A stretch of DNA of 64,000 bases from NCBI GenBank assembly GCA_965116695.1, contig OZ220706.1, positions 637,995 to 701,994 on the forward strand, written 5' to 3'. A model generated the notes under the pieces. The model saw only the letters and a list, made by a program, of their open reading frames with translations. It searched no databases and was not told the origin of the DNA. The stretch comes from Acidobacteriota bacterium (GTDB taxonomy: Bacteria > Acidobacteriota > UBA6911 > RPQK01 > JAJDTT01). Shown one piece after another: positions 27,586 to 36,788 of this stretch; position 1 is the first letter of the stretch, and each line of letters starts with the position of its first letter. The position numbers and the translations under genes were made by a program.

Positions 27586-29607
27586 TCAGTTCAATTCGCG
27601 GGGAACGCTGACCCTCCAACTCTTGTGGAAGTGACGCTTTCCGTCCACCGTCACCTCCACCTGGCTCACGAAATGGAACGACTCCAGGTCGCTGGTCAGA
27701 AACTCATTGGCTTCCACGGTCATTCCTGACCCGGCGGGCGGGACTTCGTAGACGTAGCGGGCCTTGAGAATCGTTTCCGCGGGATGGCGCCGCGAAACCG
27801 TGTAGGTGGAATGCGCCAGTCCGGGCGCCGGGCCCGTCTCCGAGACTCTCTCCAGGGTGGCCGTCACCGTTTCGTTGACCAGGTCGTGTTTGATCTCGTG
27901 CAGGGTGCTCCGGCTGATGTCCTCCATCGTCGCGTCCGGGCGCGGAGAGGGCTTCAGGTCCGGCGCGCTCAGCCGTGGACTCTGGGCCGGGGTCACAGGC
28001 AGAACGATATGAGACGGACACCGCCGGTCGCGGTGGATCTGGTTGACGGCAGCCTTGGCCGTGGGCCAGGCATTCTGAAAATCGGCGCTGGCCACGCTCA
28101 ACCGGATGCGGTGGCCCTTTTCGAACAGGTAGGAGACGTACTTCAGATCGATTTCCAGCTCGTAGATTCTGCCGGGCTCCATCGGTTCCGGCCGTGAGTG
28201 TGAATTTCGATGCGTGGCGAGGAGTCCACCGTCCGTCAGCCATTTCGAAGTGCCGTCCGGCGCCACGTCGGTGAGCTTCACGTGGAAATAGGCGGTGTCG
28301 GCGGATGAAGCGACATGGAGCACGGCCCTGGGATTTCCTGTGACCTCCACGTCCTGTTCCAAGGGCGGGGTGGTGTAGGTCAGCGAGCAGGCGTCGTCGA
28401 GACGCTGGTCCACCGGCATGGCCCAGGGCATGATTCCGCCGCCCCAGTAGATTCCCGCGCTGATCCCGACCGCCGGATCGTAGGCGTATTGATCGGGCGC
28501 GCTTTCACCCGCGGGCCTGTCTCGACTCAGTTCTCCGCCGGAACGAAAGAAAAACGGCGTGTCCTGGTTCCGGGCCGGCGGCCATTCGTCTTCATGCCTC
28601 CAGAAACCGGCGTCCTCCAGGTACATATGGGCCACGGGACGCTTGTAGCGCCTTATGAAGAGGGTCACGGCGGGTTCTTCCATGACCCCGGTGTCCTCAC
28701 CCTTGAGCCACTGGTCGAACCACTTGAGCATCTCGTGCCTGAAATCGATCCGGGGACCGGGCAGGGCTTCCTCGGGCCAGTAGTGCCCCCAGGGCCCCAG
28801 CAGGATCTTCTTGGGGACATCGAGCCGGGAGAAGGCCCTGAGGATGGGCGTGGGGTAGGGATCGGCCCAGCCGCACCAGAACATGACGGGCACCTTGATC
28901 CGGCTGTAGTCCGGCTGCAGCGAACGGTCCCGCCAATAGGCTCCCTGGAGCAGGTTCGAGATGAAGCCGATTCCCCAGGAGGCGTTCTTCTCCAGCCGCT
29001 CCTCCCAGAGCCGGCTCCAATCGGGGCCGACGATATCCGCGTCGGGCGGCGCCGCGTTGAAGGCGGTCATCATGGGGGAGAAGCTGTCGAACATGTAGGG
29101 GCGAATGCTGCCGCCCGGGTTGGTCCAGTCCAGGTAGACGTCGTCGTTGGACGATCCGATGACCAGGGTCTTCAGAGCGGGAGGATTCTGCACCCCCACC
29201 TGCCACTGCACCACGCCGCCGTAGGACATGCCCCACATCCCGACGTTGCCGCTGCACCAGGGTTGGGCGGCGATCCACTCCACCACTTCATAGGCGTCCC
29301 GGCGTTCCTCATCGGAATAGACGTCCTGTGTCGTGCCCCCGGAATTCCCCGTGCCGCGAACGTCGAAGTAGAGGACGGCATAGCCGCGTTGGGCGAAGTA
29401 GGGAGGCCCGTCCCAACGGTGGTTGTAGGCCGTGTCCGAGCTGGTGTCCTTGACCTGCCTCAGCCAGCGATAGGGGTTGTAGGCCACGATGGCCGGAAAC
29501 CTGCCCTCCGCGTCGGGCCGGACGACGACGGCCGCCAACTCCACCCCGTCCCTCATGGGGACCCGGACCCGCCGGTCCAATCGCACTCGATACTCAGGCG
29601 GGGACAT
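27586..29607 (-). CDS. CocE/NonD family hydrolase, copy 3, no signal peptide, with a C-terminal domain homologous to that of copy 2
   Basis: GMSYGG nucleophile motif. N-terminus MSPPEYRVRLDRRVRVPMRDGVEL is not hydrophobic. Core ends HIVLPVTP and is followed by an extension ending WRVSVPRELN. Confidence 0.85.
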   Translation of the reverse strand: MSPPEYRVRLDRRVRVPMRDGVELAAVVVRPDAEGRFPAIVAYNPYRWLRQVKDTSSDTAYNHRWDGPPYFAQRGYAVLYFDVRGTGNSGGTTQDVYSDEERRDAYEVVEWIAAQPWCSGNVGMWGMSYGGVVQWQVGVQNPPALKTLVIGSSNDDVYLDWTNPGGSIRPYMFDSFSPMMTAFNAAPPDADIVGPDWSRLWEERLEKNASWGIGFISNLLQGAYWRDRSLQPDYSRIKVPVMFWCGWADPYPTPILRAFSRLDVPKKILLGPWGHYWPEEALPGPRIDFRHEMLKWFDQWLKGEDTGVMEEPAVTLFIRRYKRPVAHMYLEDAGFWRHEDEWPPARNQDTPFFFRSGGELSRDRPAGESAPDQYAYDPAVGISAGIYWGGGIMPWAMPVDQRLDDACSLTYTTPPLEQDVEVTGNPRAVLHVASSADTAYFHVKLTDVAPDGTSKWLTDGGLLATHRNSHSRPEPMEPGRIYELEIDLKYVSYLFEKGHRIRLSVASADFQNAWPTAKAAVNQIHRDRRCPSHIVLPVTPAQSPRLSAPDLKPSPRPDATMEDISRSTLHEIKHDLVNETVTATLERVSETGPAPGLAHSTYTVSRRHPAETILKARYVYEVPPAGSGMTVEANEFLTSDLESFHFVSQVEVTVDGKRHFHKSWRVSVPRELN

Positions 29608-29784
29608 GGGAGTTCCTCGAGTCAGCCGGTTCCGTCTTCCTTGAAGAACCCGTGCTGGAATTCACCGCGTGGTTCCGACGGAACGAACCCGAGGTCTTCG
29701 ATGCCTCAAGCAGGATCAGCGATCGAAGCCGAAGCAATGGAAGAGTTTCGAACGTGAGACACGGGAGGCCTCGATTCGAAGCGA

Positions 29785-30819
29785 TCACTCTTCCACCAGG
29801 ACACGCATTCCCCGGGTGCTGGTTCGTCCGCCAGGTTCGATTTCCGGGCGGAAGGAAGGCCGATAGGCGTCGGGGCTGTTGAGCCAACTCCCTCCCCGCA
29901 TGCTCCGGATCCCCTCTGCGTCCGGTCCCCGCGGGTCGGTTCGGGCCGGGTCTTCACCTGCCCAGTCCAGGGTGTATTCCCAGACGTTGCCGATGGCGTC
30001 GAAGAGGCCTCGCGGGTTCGGATAGAATTTCCCCACGGGCGCCGTGCCCTCGTACCCGTCATCCCTTCCCTCGGGGATGAGACTGCGCATCTCGGTCCCC
30101 GTCAGGAACAGGTCGGCGTCGGATTTGTCCCCCATGGCGGCGTCCGCCACGTTGGCCCAGTAGCCGCTGGGAAGCCGGGGATCCCGCACGTAATCGGCCG
30201 GCCTCTTGCCCCAGTAGTAACGGGTGACGGTCAGGGCTCGTTGGCCGTACTCCAACTCGCCTTCGGTCGGCAGACGCGCCGGCAGTCCGGTCTTGCCGCT
30301 CAGCCAGCGGCAGAACTCCGCGGCGTCGAACCAACTGATGCAGGTCACGGGATGGTCGGATTCCTGGGAGAAACCGGGATTCCGCCAGGAGGCTTCGGAC
30401 GTTGGCCCCCAGCTCCCGCCGCTCATGGTGTAGCAGCCCTTCCCCAGTTCCCGCCAGGAACGGCGGCCCGTTTCGGCGTCTGTCTCGTAGCCGCTTTCTT
30501 GGACGAAGCGGCGGAACTGCTCGACGGTGACCTCGTATTTCCCCAGGTAGAAGGCTTTGGTGATCGTCACCTGGCGTGCCCGCAGATCGTGGGGAGCGAA
30601 CAGACCGATCAGGGCCCGGGACCAGTCGGTCTCCCCCATCATGAACTCGCCGGGCGGGATCCGGATCAGTTCCAGTTGAACCCCCGATCCCAGATCCAGC
30701 GTGACCTCCTCGGTCCCGGCGGCCGGGCGCGCCGACGCCGGATCGAAACCGCTGCCGGCAAACAGGACTACAAGGGCAATCAATGCCAGAGCGAATCGGC
30801 CGGTTGCCTGGTAGGACAT
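29785..30819 (-). CDS. Formylglycine-generating enzyme (SUMF1/FGE) domain protein, secreted
   Basis: IPPGEFMMG, HPVTCISWFDA, GNVWEY and MRGGSWLNSP motifs of the FGE-sulfatase fold. Signal peptide present. Confidence 0.85.
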   Translation of the reverse strand: MSYQATGRFALALIALVVLFAGSGFDPASARPAAGTEEVTLDLGSGVQLELIRIPPGEFMMGETDWSRALIGLFAPHDLRARQVTITKAFYLGKYEVTVEQFRRFVQESGYETDAETGRRSWRELGKGCYTMSGGSWGPTSEASWRNPGFSQESDHPVTCISWFDAAEFCRWLSGKTGLPARLPTEGELEYGQRALTVTRYYWGKRPADYVRDPRLPSGYWANVADAAMGDKSDADLFLTGTEMRSLIPEGRDDGYEGTAPVGKFYPNPRGLFDAIGNVWEYTLDWAGEDPARTDPRGPDAEGIRSMRGGSWLNSPDAYRPSFRPEIEPGGRTSTRGMRVLVEE

Positions 30820-30852
30820 GGTTCTCTTCAGGTTCGTGATTCAATGGCGCAA

Positions 30853-30896
30853 GGGGGAGCATCGGCAGATCCAACCCGGTGACTGCCGTCTCCCCC
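30853..30896 (-). terminator. Imperfect long hairpin between the TonB-receptor stop and the next gene (attenuator or mRNA-stability element)
   Basis: GGGGGAG-catc-GGCAG ... CTGCC-gt-CTCCCCC read directly. No clear U-tract. Confidence 0.3.
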
Positions 30897-30917
30897 AGCG
30901 TACCGTTCGCTACCCGG

Positions 30918-33900
30918 TTAGAACGTGTACTTCAGCGAGAACTGAATTTCCCGCGCCTCGAATGCACCGCCGATCACACCAAAAGCCGGCGTGCCGAACG
31001 TGTTGGCCGGCTGCAGGAAGTTGGCCCGGTTGAAGGCGTTGAAAATCTCCCCTCGAAACTCGAGCACATGATCTTCGGTGATGGGGAACCTGCGATGCAG
31101 TCCGAAGTCGACGTTGGCGAACCCCGGACCCCGGGTGACGTTCCGGCCCAGATTTCCGTAGGTGAAGGGCTGGGGATTCTGAAAGGCCCTGATGTTGAAG
31201 AACTGCTGCACGGTCTTGGGCCCGGCGTTGGGGTCCTGACCCGACACCCAATCCGGAGTGTCCGTTCCGAGTCCGGTGTTGCTGTTGTCGTAGGGCAGTC
31301 CGATATGGAATGGCTGGCCGCCCTCCAGGGTCACGATCCCTTGAATCCGCCAGTTCCGGAGCAGCATTCCGCCGAGTCCCCCCATTCCCTTGCCGAAGGG
31401 AAGTTGATACACCCAGTTCGCCGCAAAGCGGTGCGGAACATCGTATTGACAGGGTCCCCAGTCCTCTTCGAAATTACGCGGATCCCGCGTTCCCCGGGGA
31501 GACCCGTCTCCGTTGACCTGGACGCTCCCGGTATCCATGCACCTGGACCAGACATAAGAGGCCAGGAAACCCAAGCCCCCGGAGAATCGCTGCTCCGCCC
31601 TCAACTCCAGCCCGTTGTAGCTCGACCAGCCCTGGTTGTCGGTGCGGGTGTCGTTCACGATGGAAGGAATGATCCGGCGCGACGCGACTGACCCCGGACC
31701 TGGTCTCATCGGGGAGTTGGCATTGAAAACGGTGAGGAGGTTGCTCCCCCGGTTGCCGATATAGGAGGCGGAAATGGCGGTGTTCCCGATCTGCCGCTGC
31801 AGGGTCAGATTCCAGACCTGGTTGTAGGGGTCCGTCCATTCGGGATCGTTGGAATAAAAATTCAGGCTGGGCAGCCCCACGCCGGGAAAAGGAGCGCTGA
31901 AGGACAACTGCGGCGTTCTGGTATCCGAGATAAAGGTCTCAGGACTGACGTAGGGAGGAGACATGGCGGCAAAAAACGAGAAGACCATGTTGGGGGACAT
32001 GTAGAACAGCCCGTAGCCGCCGCGCAGAACGGTCTGGTCGTTGATCCGGTAGGCAAAACCGAGCCGGGGAGCGAAGTTGTTCTTGTCCGCCTTGTAAACG
32101 CCTCGGGGGATGTCCTCCCCGGCATGCGCCAGAACCAGCTCTGGAGCTCGTGAATAATCCGGTTGCGCGTAACGCCCGTGCTTCTCATAGGGAGGTTGGA
32201 ACAGTTCGTACCGCACACCCAGGTTCAAGGTGAGATCAGGCGACACCTTCCAGTCGTCGTTGATGTAGATGCCGAAGTCCTTCTTGCGGAAGTTGCGGAA
32301 CCCGTCATTGACCGTGCAACACCGCGAGGTCCGGTTGGGAACTCCCAGGATGTAGTCCGCCACCGGGTTCCCCGTCCCCGGCTGGGTGCCGGTTTCGGTC
32401 AACTGCGACGTGAAGATTCCATTGAAGGTGAACAGGCCGTGTGCAAACAGGGCATGGCCGCCGTTCATCTGATACCAGTCGACGGAGGCGCCGGTGGAGA
32501 TGTTGTGGTTGCCGGTGATGTAGGAGAAGTTCTCCCGCACGGCGAACTGGTTGTCGGAGCGATTGTTGGGCGCGTTGGCGATGGCCCCGGTGCCGCCCAG
32601 GCCGGCGATGTTGATGTTGGGGTTGCCCAGAAAACGGGGACTCAAGCCGTGGATCCCCAACTCCTCGTTGACCGCCACTTCCTGTTCCGAGTCCTCCAGA
32701 ACCTGGGTGTGCCGGTTGAAGCCGACCCGGAGGTCGTTCACCGCGTTGGCTCCAAAAGTGTGGGTGTGACCCAGCACGGCATTCTGAGCCGGGGACTTCC
32801 AGACGGTGGTGAAATTGGGAAGTGAAGCGAAGACGAAGGGCCAGAGGCGATCGTACTTCACCAGCGTATAGCGGCCGAAGATGGTGTCTTCCTCTCCGAT
32901 CCTCTGGTCGATCCGAATGTTCAACTGGTCGCTGATGACCTCCTGGTTTGACGAATCGACGAGATTACTGACGACGCCGGGACGATTCGCAGTGGGAAAC
33001 AACCGCGTGAAGGCCTTGACCGAGACCGGATGCCACATGTTCTCCGGGATCATCTTGTTCGCGAAGGGCGCTCGCAGACCCGAGTCGGGATCGACGTCGA
33101 AGGGATTGAAAATGGGGTTGCCCTCGCTGAAGTCTCCCCGCCGCTGCAGATCGGTGGGGACGCTAACGGCGCGGGTCACTTCCTTGTCCGACCGGATCGC
33201 TTCATAGGTGACGAAGAAAAAGGTCTGGTCTTCCACGATCGGTCCGCCTATGGCGACCCCCAGGTTCTGCTGCGAGAAGGGCTCCTTCTCCGCGGCGAAG
33301 AAGGTGCGCGCGTCAAAGGCGTCGTTCCGGAAGAAACCCCAGGCGGAACCGTGGTAGTCGTTCACGCCGGCGCGGGAAGCGATGTTGACCACACCGCCCG
33401 AAGCGCGTCCGAACGCGGCCGAGTAGTTCCCGGCCTGGAACTTGAACTCCTGGATGGCGTCGACGGTCATGCGGAATCCGACTCGCGTATCGACCGCGTC
33501 CTTCATGTCGATTCCATCCAGCAGGAAGACGGTGCCCTCCGCCGGCGCTCCGTGCACCGAGAAGTTGCCGCCGAAGATGCTGCTGTGAAAGCTGATGCCC
33601 CCTCCCGGGAGCTTGTGGGTGGAGACGGCGCCGGGCTGCAACTCCACCAACTGGATGAAATTGCGTCCGTTCAAGGGAAGGTTGACGATGGTCTCATGAT
33701 CGACCACGTCTCCGATCTCGCCCGACTCGGTCTGCAGGGGCGGGGGTGTCCCCAAGACCTCCACGACCTCCTGGATCTCACTCGGCGAGAGGGTGATGTC
33801 CACGGCGATAGTTTCATTGACCCGGACCACGATGTCTCGCCGGAGCACCGGTTGAAACCCCGCCAGCTCCGCCCGGATGGAATAGTCGCCGGGCTGCAGA

Positions 33901-34112
33901 AACACGAACTTGTAGGCACCGGTGTCGCCGGTGACGGCGCCCCAGGTCTGGCCCGTCCCCACGTTGGTCAAGAGGACGTCGACACCTGGGATGGTCCCGC
34001 CCGTCTCGTCCGTGACCCGGCCGCTGATCCCGCCCGTGGTGATCTGGGCCGACAGGGGCGCGGCCATCAGGACAACACCCAGGAAAAAGATTGCAATTTG
34101 GATTCTTCGCAT
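30918..34112 (-). CDS. TonB-dependent receptor with N-terminal carboxypeptidase-regulatory-like domain
   Basis: Signal peptide ending PLSAQ, then GRVTDETGGTIPGVDV and YKFVFLQPGDYSIRAELAGF (CarboxypepD_reg). Plug region NLPLNGRNFIQL. About 1060 aa. C-terminal FSLKYTF with terminal Phe. Confidence 0.85.
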   Translation of the reverse strand: MRRIQIAIFFLGVVLMAAPLSAQITTGGISGRVTDETGGTIPGVDVLLTNVGTGQTWGAVTGDTGAYKFVFLQPGDYSIRAELAGFQPVLRRDIVVRVNETIAVDITLSPSEIQEVVEVLGTPPPLQTESGEIGDVVDHETIVNLPLNGRNFIQLVELQPGAVSTHKLPGGGISFHSSIFGGNFSVHGAPAEGTVFLLDGIDMKDAVDTRVGFRMTVDAIQEFKFQAGNYSAAFGRASGGVVNIASRAGVNDYHGSAWGFFRNDAFDARTFFAAEKEPFSQQNLGVAIGGPIVEDQTFFFVTYEAIRSDKEVTRAVSVPTDLQRRGDFSEGNPIFNPFDVDPDSGLRAPFANKMIPENMWHPVSVKAFTRLFPTANRPGVVSNLVDSSNQEVISDQLNIRIDQRIGEEDTIFGRYTLVKYDRLWPFVFASLPNFTTVWKSPAQNAVLGHTHTFGANAVNDLRVGFNRHTQVLEDSEQEVAVNEELGIHGLSPRFLGNPNINIAGLGGTGAIANAPNNRSDNQFAVRENFSYITGNHNISTGASVDWYQMNGGHALFAHGLFTFNGIFTSQLTETGTQPGTGNPVADYILGVPNRTSRCCTVNDGFRNFRKKDFGIYINDDWKVSPDLTLNLGVRYELFQPPYEKHGRYAQPDYSRAPELVLAHAGEDIPRGVYKADKNNFAPRLGFAYRINDQTVLRGGYGLFYMSPNMVFSFFAAMSPPYVSPETFISDTRTPQLSFSAPFPGVGLPSLNFYSNDPEWTDPYNQVWNLTLQRQIGNTAISASYIGNRGSNLLTVFNANSPMRPGPGSVASRRIIPSIVNDTRTDNQGWSSYNGLELRAEQRFSGGLGFLASYVWSRCMDTGSVQVNGDGSPRGTRDPRNFEEDWGPCQYDVPHRFAANWVYQLPFGKGMGGLGGMLLRNWRIQGIVTLEGGQPFHIGLPYDNSNTGLGTDTPDWVSGQDPNAGPKTVQQFFNIRAFQNPQPFTYGNLGRNVTRGPGFANVDFGLHRRFPITEDHVLEFRGEIFNAFNRANFLQPANTFGTPAFGVIGGAFEAREIQFSLKYTF

Positions 34113-34165
34113 CGGTCTCGTTCCTCCGGTCAATTTATTCCCCATTGGTTCGCAATTCATGACTT

Positions 34166-35326
34166 TCACTTCACGATGGTCTTCAAGAGCCTGAAGACCC
34201 AGTCCCGGTCTCCCTGGTACTGGGATCCGAAATAGGTGGATCCGACGACTTTACGGGCCACGTAGTTGGTCCGGATGGTGGCCACCACCAGGTCGTACTC
34301 GGGAACCACCGAGATCCGGGAGACGGCCTGCCAGTTGATGTTTCCTCCCCGCGCTTCCTGCACGCCCTGCCCCGGCAGCCACCAGTTCAGGCTGTAGTCC
34401 TCGCCCCCGTGGCCGGCATGCCGGCGGCTCTGCGGTTTGCGAGTCTGCTCCACCCACTCCTCGCTGATCAATTGCCGGTCATTCCAGCGCCCGTTGCGCA
34501 GGAAGAGATAGCCGAAGCGGGCGGCGTCGGCCGAATTGACGACGACCCAGCCCGGTCCGGCCCGGACGGCGTGTCCGCCGATTTCCCACGGCGGATCCAG
34601 GTAGCGGCCGTAGCCCGGCCAGAAGGGATACATGAGATTTTCCTGAATCACCCGGGCGGGCATCCAGCCCCAACGCTGGGCCGGCACCTGTAGATGACGG
34701 AAGATCTTCTCGTCCAAAACGTCCTTGAGGTCCTTGCCCCAGAGTGCCGTCAGGGCCTGGGCGAACCGCCACATGCCCCCGTCGCTGTAGATGTACTCAC
34801 CCCCCGGGGCCCGGTGGGCGTAGTTGTAGGTGGAATCCCCCATCTCCCCGTCGGCCCGGCTCAGGTCGATGTCCGGAAAGCCCGACACCATGTTGGCGAA
34901 ATGCCTCCAGGTGATTTTTCGATGATGCCCTTCGTTGAGGTACTTGTAGGGGTGGGACAGCTCTCCCTCACCCGTCCAGGTCTTCCAGACCAGGTCGTCC
35001 AACTCGACCAAGCCGGCGTCGACGGCCAAGCCGAGACAGGTCGCGTTGAAGGTCTTGCCCATGGAGGCGGTTTGGACGGCCGTCTGCTGGTTGCCCCAGG
35101 TGGCCACCACGTAGCCGTGGCGGACGATGGTCCCCCCGATCCCGACGCGCGGAAGAATCCTCCGCAGGGCTTCCTCGTCGAAGCCCAATTCCGCGGGACG
35201 CTTCGTCTCCCACTCCTGGCCGGGGAAACGTTTGAGCGCGTCGGCCGGGATGTCGGTGGCGGTGATAGTCCAGGTTGAAGCCGAGAGGACAACAAAAAGG
35301 AAAACCGTCAGGAACCGTCTTGTCAC
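34166..35326 (-). CDS. Serine hydrolase of the beta-lactamase / DD-peptidase family, secreted
   Basis: S-x-x-K motif in ASMGKTFNA. Signal-like FLTVFLFVVLSASTWTITA. GTG at 35326 proposed as start, since the longer ORF N-terminus is not protein-like. Confidence 0.8.
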   Translation of the reverse strand: MTRRFLTVFLFVVLSASTWTITATDIPADALKRFPGQEWETKRPAELGFDEEALRRILPRVGIGGTIVRHGYVVATWGNQQTAVQTASMGKTFNATCLGLAVDAGLVELDDLVWKTWTGEGELSHPYKYLNEGHHRKITWRHFANMVSGFPDIDLSRADGEMGDSTYNYAHRAPGGEYIYSDGGMWRFAQALTALWGKDLKDVLDEKIFRHLQVPAQRWGWMPARVIQENLMYPFWPGYGRYLDPPWEIGGHAVRAGPGWVVVNSADAARFGYLFLRNGRWNDRQLISEEWVEQTRKPQSRRHAGHGGEDYSLNWWLPGQGVQEARGGNINWQAVSRISVVPEYDLVVATIRTNYVARKVVGSTYFGSQYQGDRDWVFRLLKTIVK

Positions 35327-35518
35327 TCTCTCCTCGGACTCGCGGCAAGAAGGAACCCGCTCAAAATGGCGGGAATTTGCCCATGAAGCACACGATAGCC
35401 GCAGACCGGAGCACAAGTCAAGAGGAAAGAACAGCAGGAGTTTTTCCGGCCAAGACCGGCAGAGAACACGGCCACGTGGCCTGATGGTTGCTGATCGACG
35501 AGGACCGCAACGCGGTGG

Positions 35519-36301
35519 TCATTGGTACAGCAGAACACGCTCCCCGAGTGGCTGAACGGGCCGAAAGTTGTTTGGATGGATGGCGCCGAAGGCGGCGATC
35601 TGCGCCGCCGACATCGCAAGCGGCTCCGTCAGGACGATCCATGAGACACCTTCGGAACAGGGAGGTGTGGTGAGCGAACCCGGGTACCTCCAGCTCGTTC
35701 GGACCGTGGGCAGCAGGGACGTCAGATCGAGTTCTCCCGGAACCACGCGCGACGCAGCCTTCCCGGGTGGGAGATGCTCCCAGACAGGTGCCAGCGCCTC
35801 GTTCTCCATTCCTTCTGTGAACAGAATTCCGACGACCGTGAGCGACCCGGAATCACTGCTGTGCACCAGGTGCATCTCCAGCGGAAACTGAACGCCGTCC
35901 ACCGTATGCTCGCTGGCATGATGGAAGTGAAACTGCAGCAGGTCGGAGCGAACACTGTCGAGGACGATACCGCTGCCGGGATCCGGGTTCACCTGGATCG
36001 TGTGCCCGTTGTTTTCGATGGCGATGCGGGTGGGCCCGTAGTCGAATTCAACCGGCGCCGGATCGGCAGGCCGGGCGTCAGTCAGATCGATGGGAGACTG
36101 CTCCGCGCCCGAGGAACAGGTGCTGAACTCCGGGTCGAGCGACCCCCAGTGAGCCGGGCCGTTGTGCGGCTCGTAGCCCCAGGCCGGCCCGTGAGCATGC
36201 TCCGGATCTTTGGGCTCCATGGGTCGCGAATCCTCGCTACCGGAGCAGCCGAGTAGAGCCGACACGACGATTACCATCCAACCTGAGATGATTCGTTTCA
36301 T
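35519..36301 (-). CDS. Alpha-class carbonic anhydrase, lipoprotein
   Basis: QSPIDL, NNGHTIQV, QFHFHHASEHTVDG, EMHLVH (zinc His ligands), SLTTPPCSEGVSW. Lipobox LLGC. GGAGG RBS. Confidence 0.9.
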   Translation of the reverse strand: MKRIISGWMVIVVSALLGCSGSEDSRPMEPKDPEHAHGPAWGYEPHNGPAHWGSLDPEFSTCSSGAEQSPIDLTDARPADPAPVEFDYGPTRIAIENNGHTIQVNPDPGSGIVLDSVRSDLLQFHFHHASEHTVDGVQFPLEMHLVHSSDSGSLTVVGILFTEGMENEALAPVWEHLPPGKAASRVVPGELDLTSLLPTVRTSWRYPGSLTTPPCSEGVSWIVLTEPLAMSAAQIAAFGAIHPNNFRPVQPLGERVLLYQ

Positions 36302-36449
36302 GGAGCCTCCTCGTTACCAAGATCAAAACAGAATCCGTTATTGACGCATGAAAACGGACCGGTTGTACGACAGTTCGGGTGATATCCGGCGACCGGTAAC
36401 GATGATCTGGACAGAACGCCGCACTGTGGCGCCGGATTCAGGACTCATT

Positions 36450-36749
36450 CTATCTTTGTACCCTGCGCCCGTCCTGGTCTGCAACGGAAACCGAGTCCGG
36501 AGCACCGGTGAAGAGCCACCGGTCCGTACGGCCCTGTTGCCGGTTGCGTAACCAAATGAGGAAGACGGTGGCCGCGAGTCCCCCGGCGGCTCCCAGTATC
36601 ACGAATCCGCGAACCGTCGGGACCCCGACCCAGAAGATGAACATGACGCCGAAGACGAAGATGAGCCCGGCGGCGCCCTTGACCGGGATCTTCTCGATCC
36701 GGATCCCGGGATGCGGCTTCATTGGCTTGTGTGGTGAGGACTGTGACAT
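36450..36749 (-). CDS. Small membrane protein (2 TM), function unknown
   Basis: Hydrophobic segments AAGLIFVFGVMFIFWVGV and GFVILGAAGGLAATVFLIWL. No family recognised. Confidence 0.45.
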   Translation of the reverse strand: MSQSSPHKPMKPHPGIRIEKIPVKGAAGLIFVFGVMFIFWVGVPTVRGFVILGAAGGLAATVFLIWLRNRQQGRTDRWLFTGAPDSVSVADQDGRRVQR

Positions 36750-36788
36750 GAATTCAGCGTACCATAGCGTCCGATTGGAGGACGAAGC

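Noticed and set aside
29785-30819. Taking the FGE-domain protein as evidence for a sulfatase maturation system
   Set aside because: No sulfatase gene (C/S-x-P-x-R motif protein) was recognised anywhere in the window. FGE-fold proteins are common in non-sulfatase contexts, so only the fold is called.
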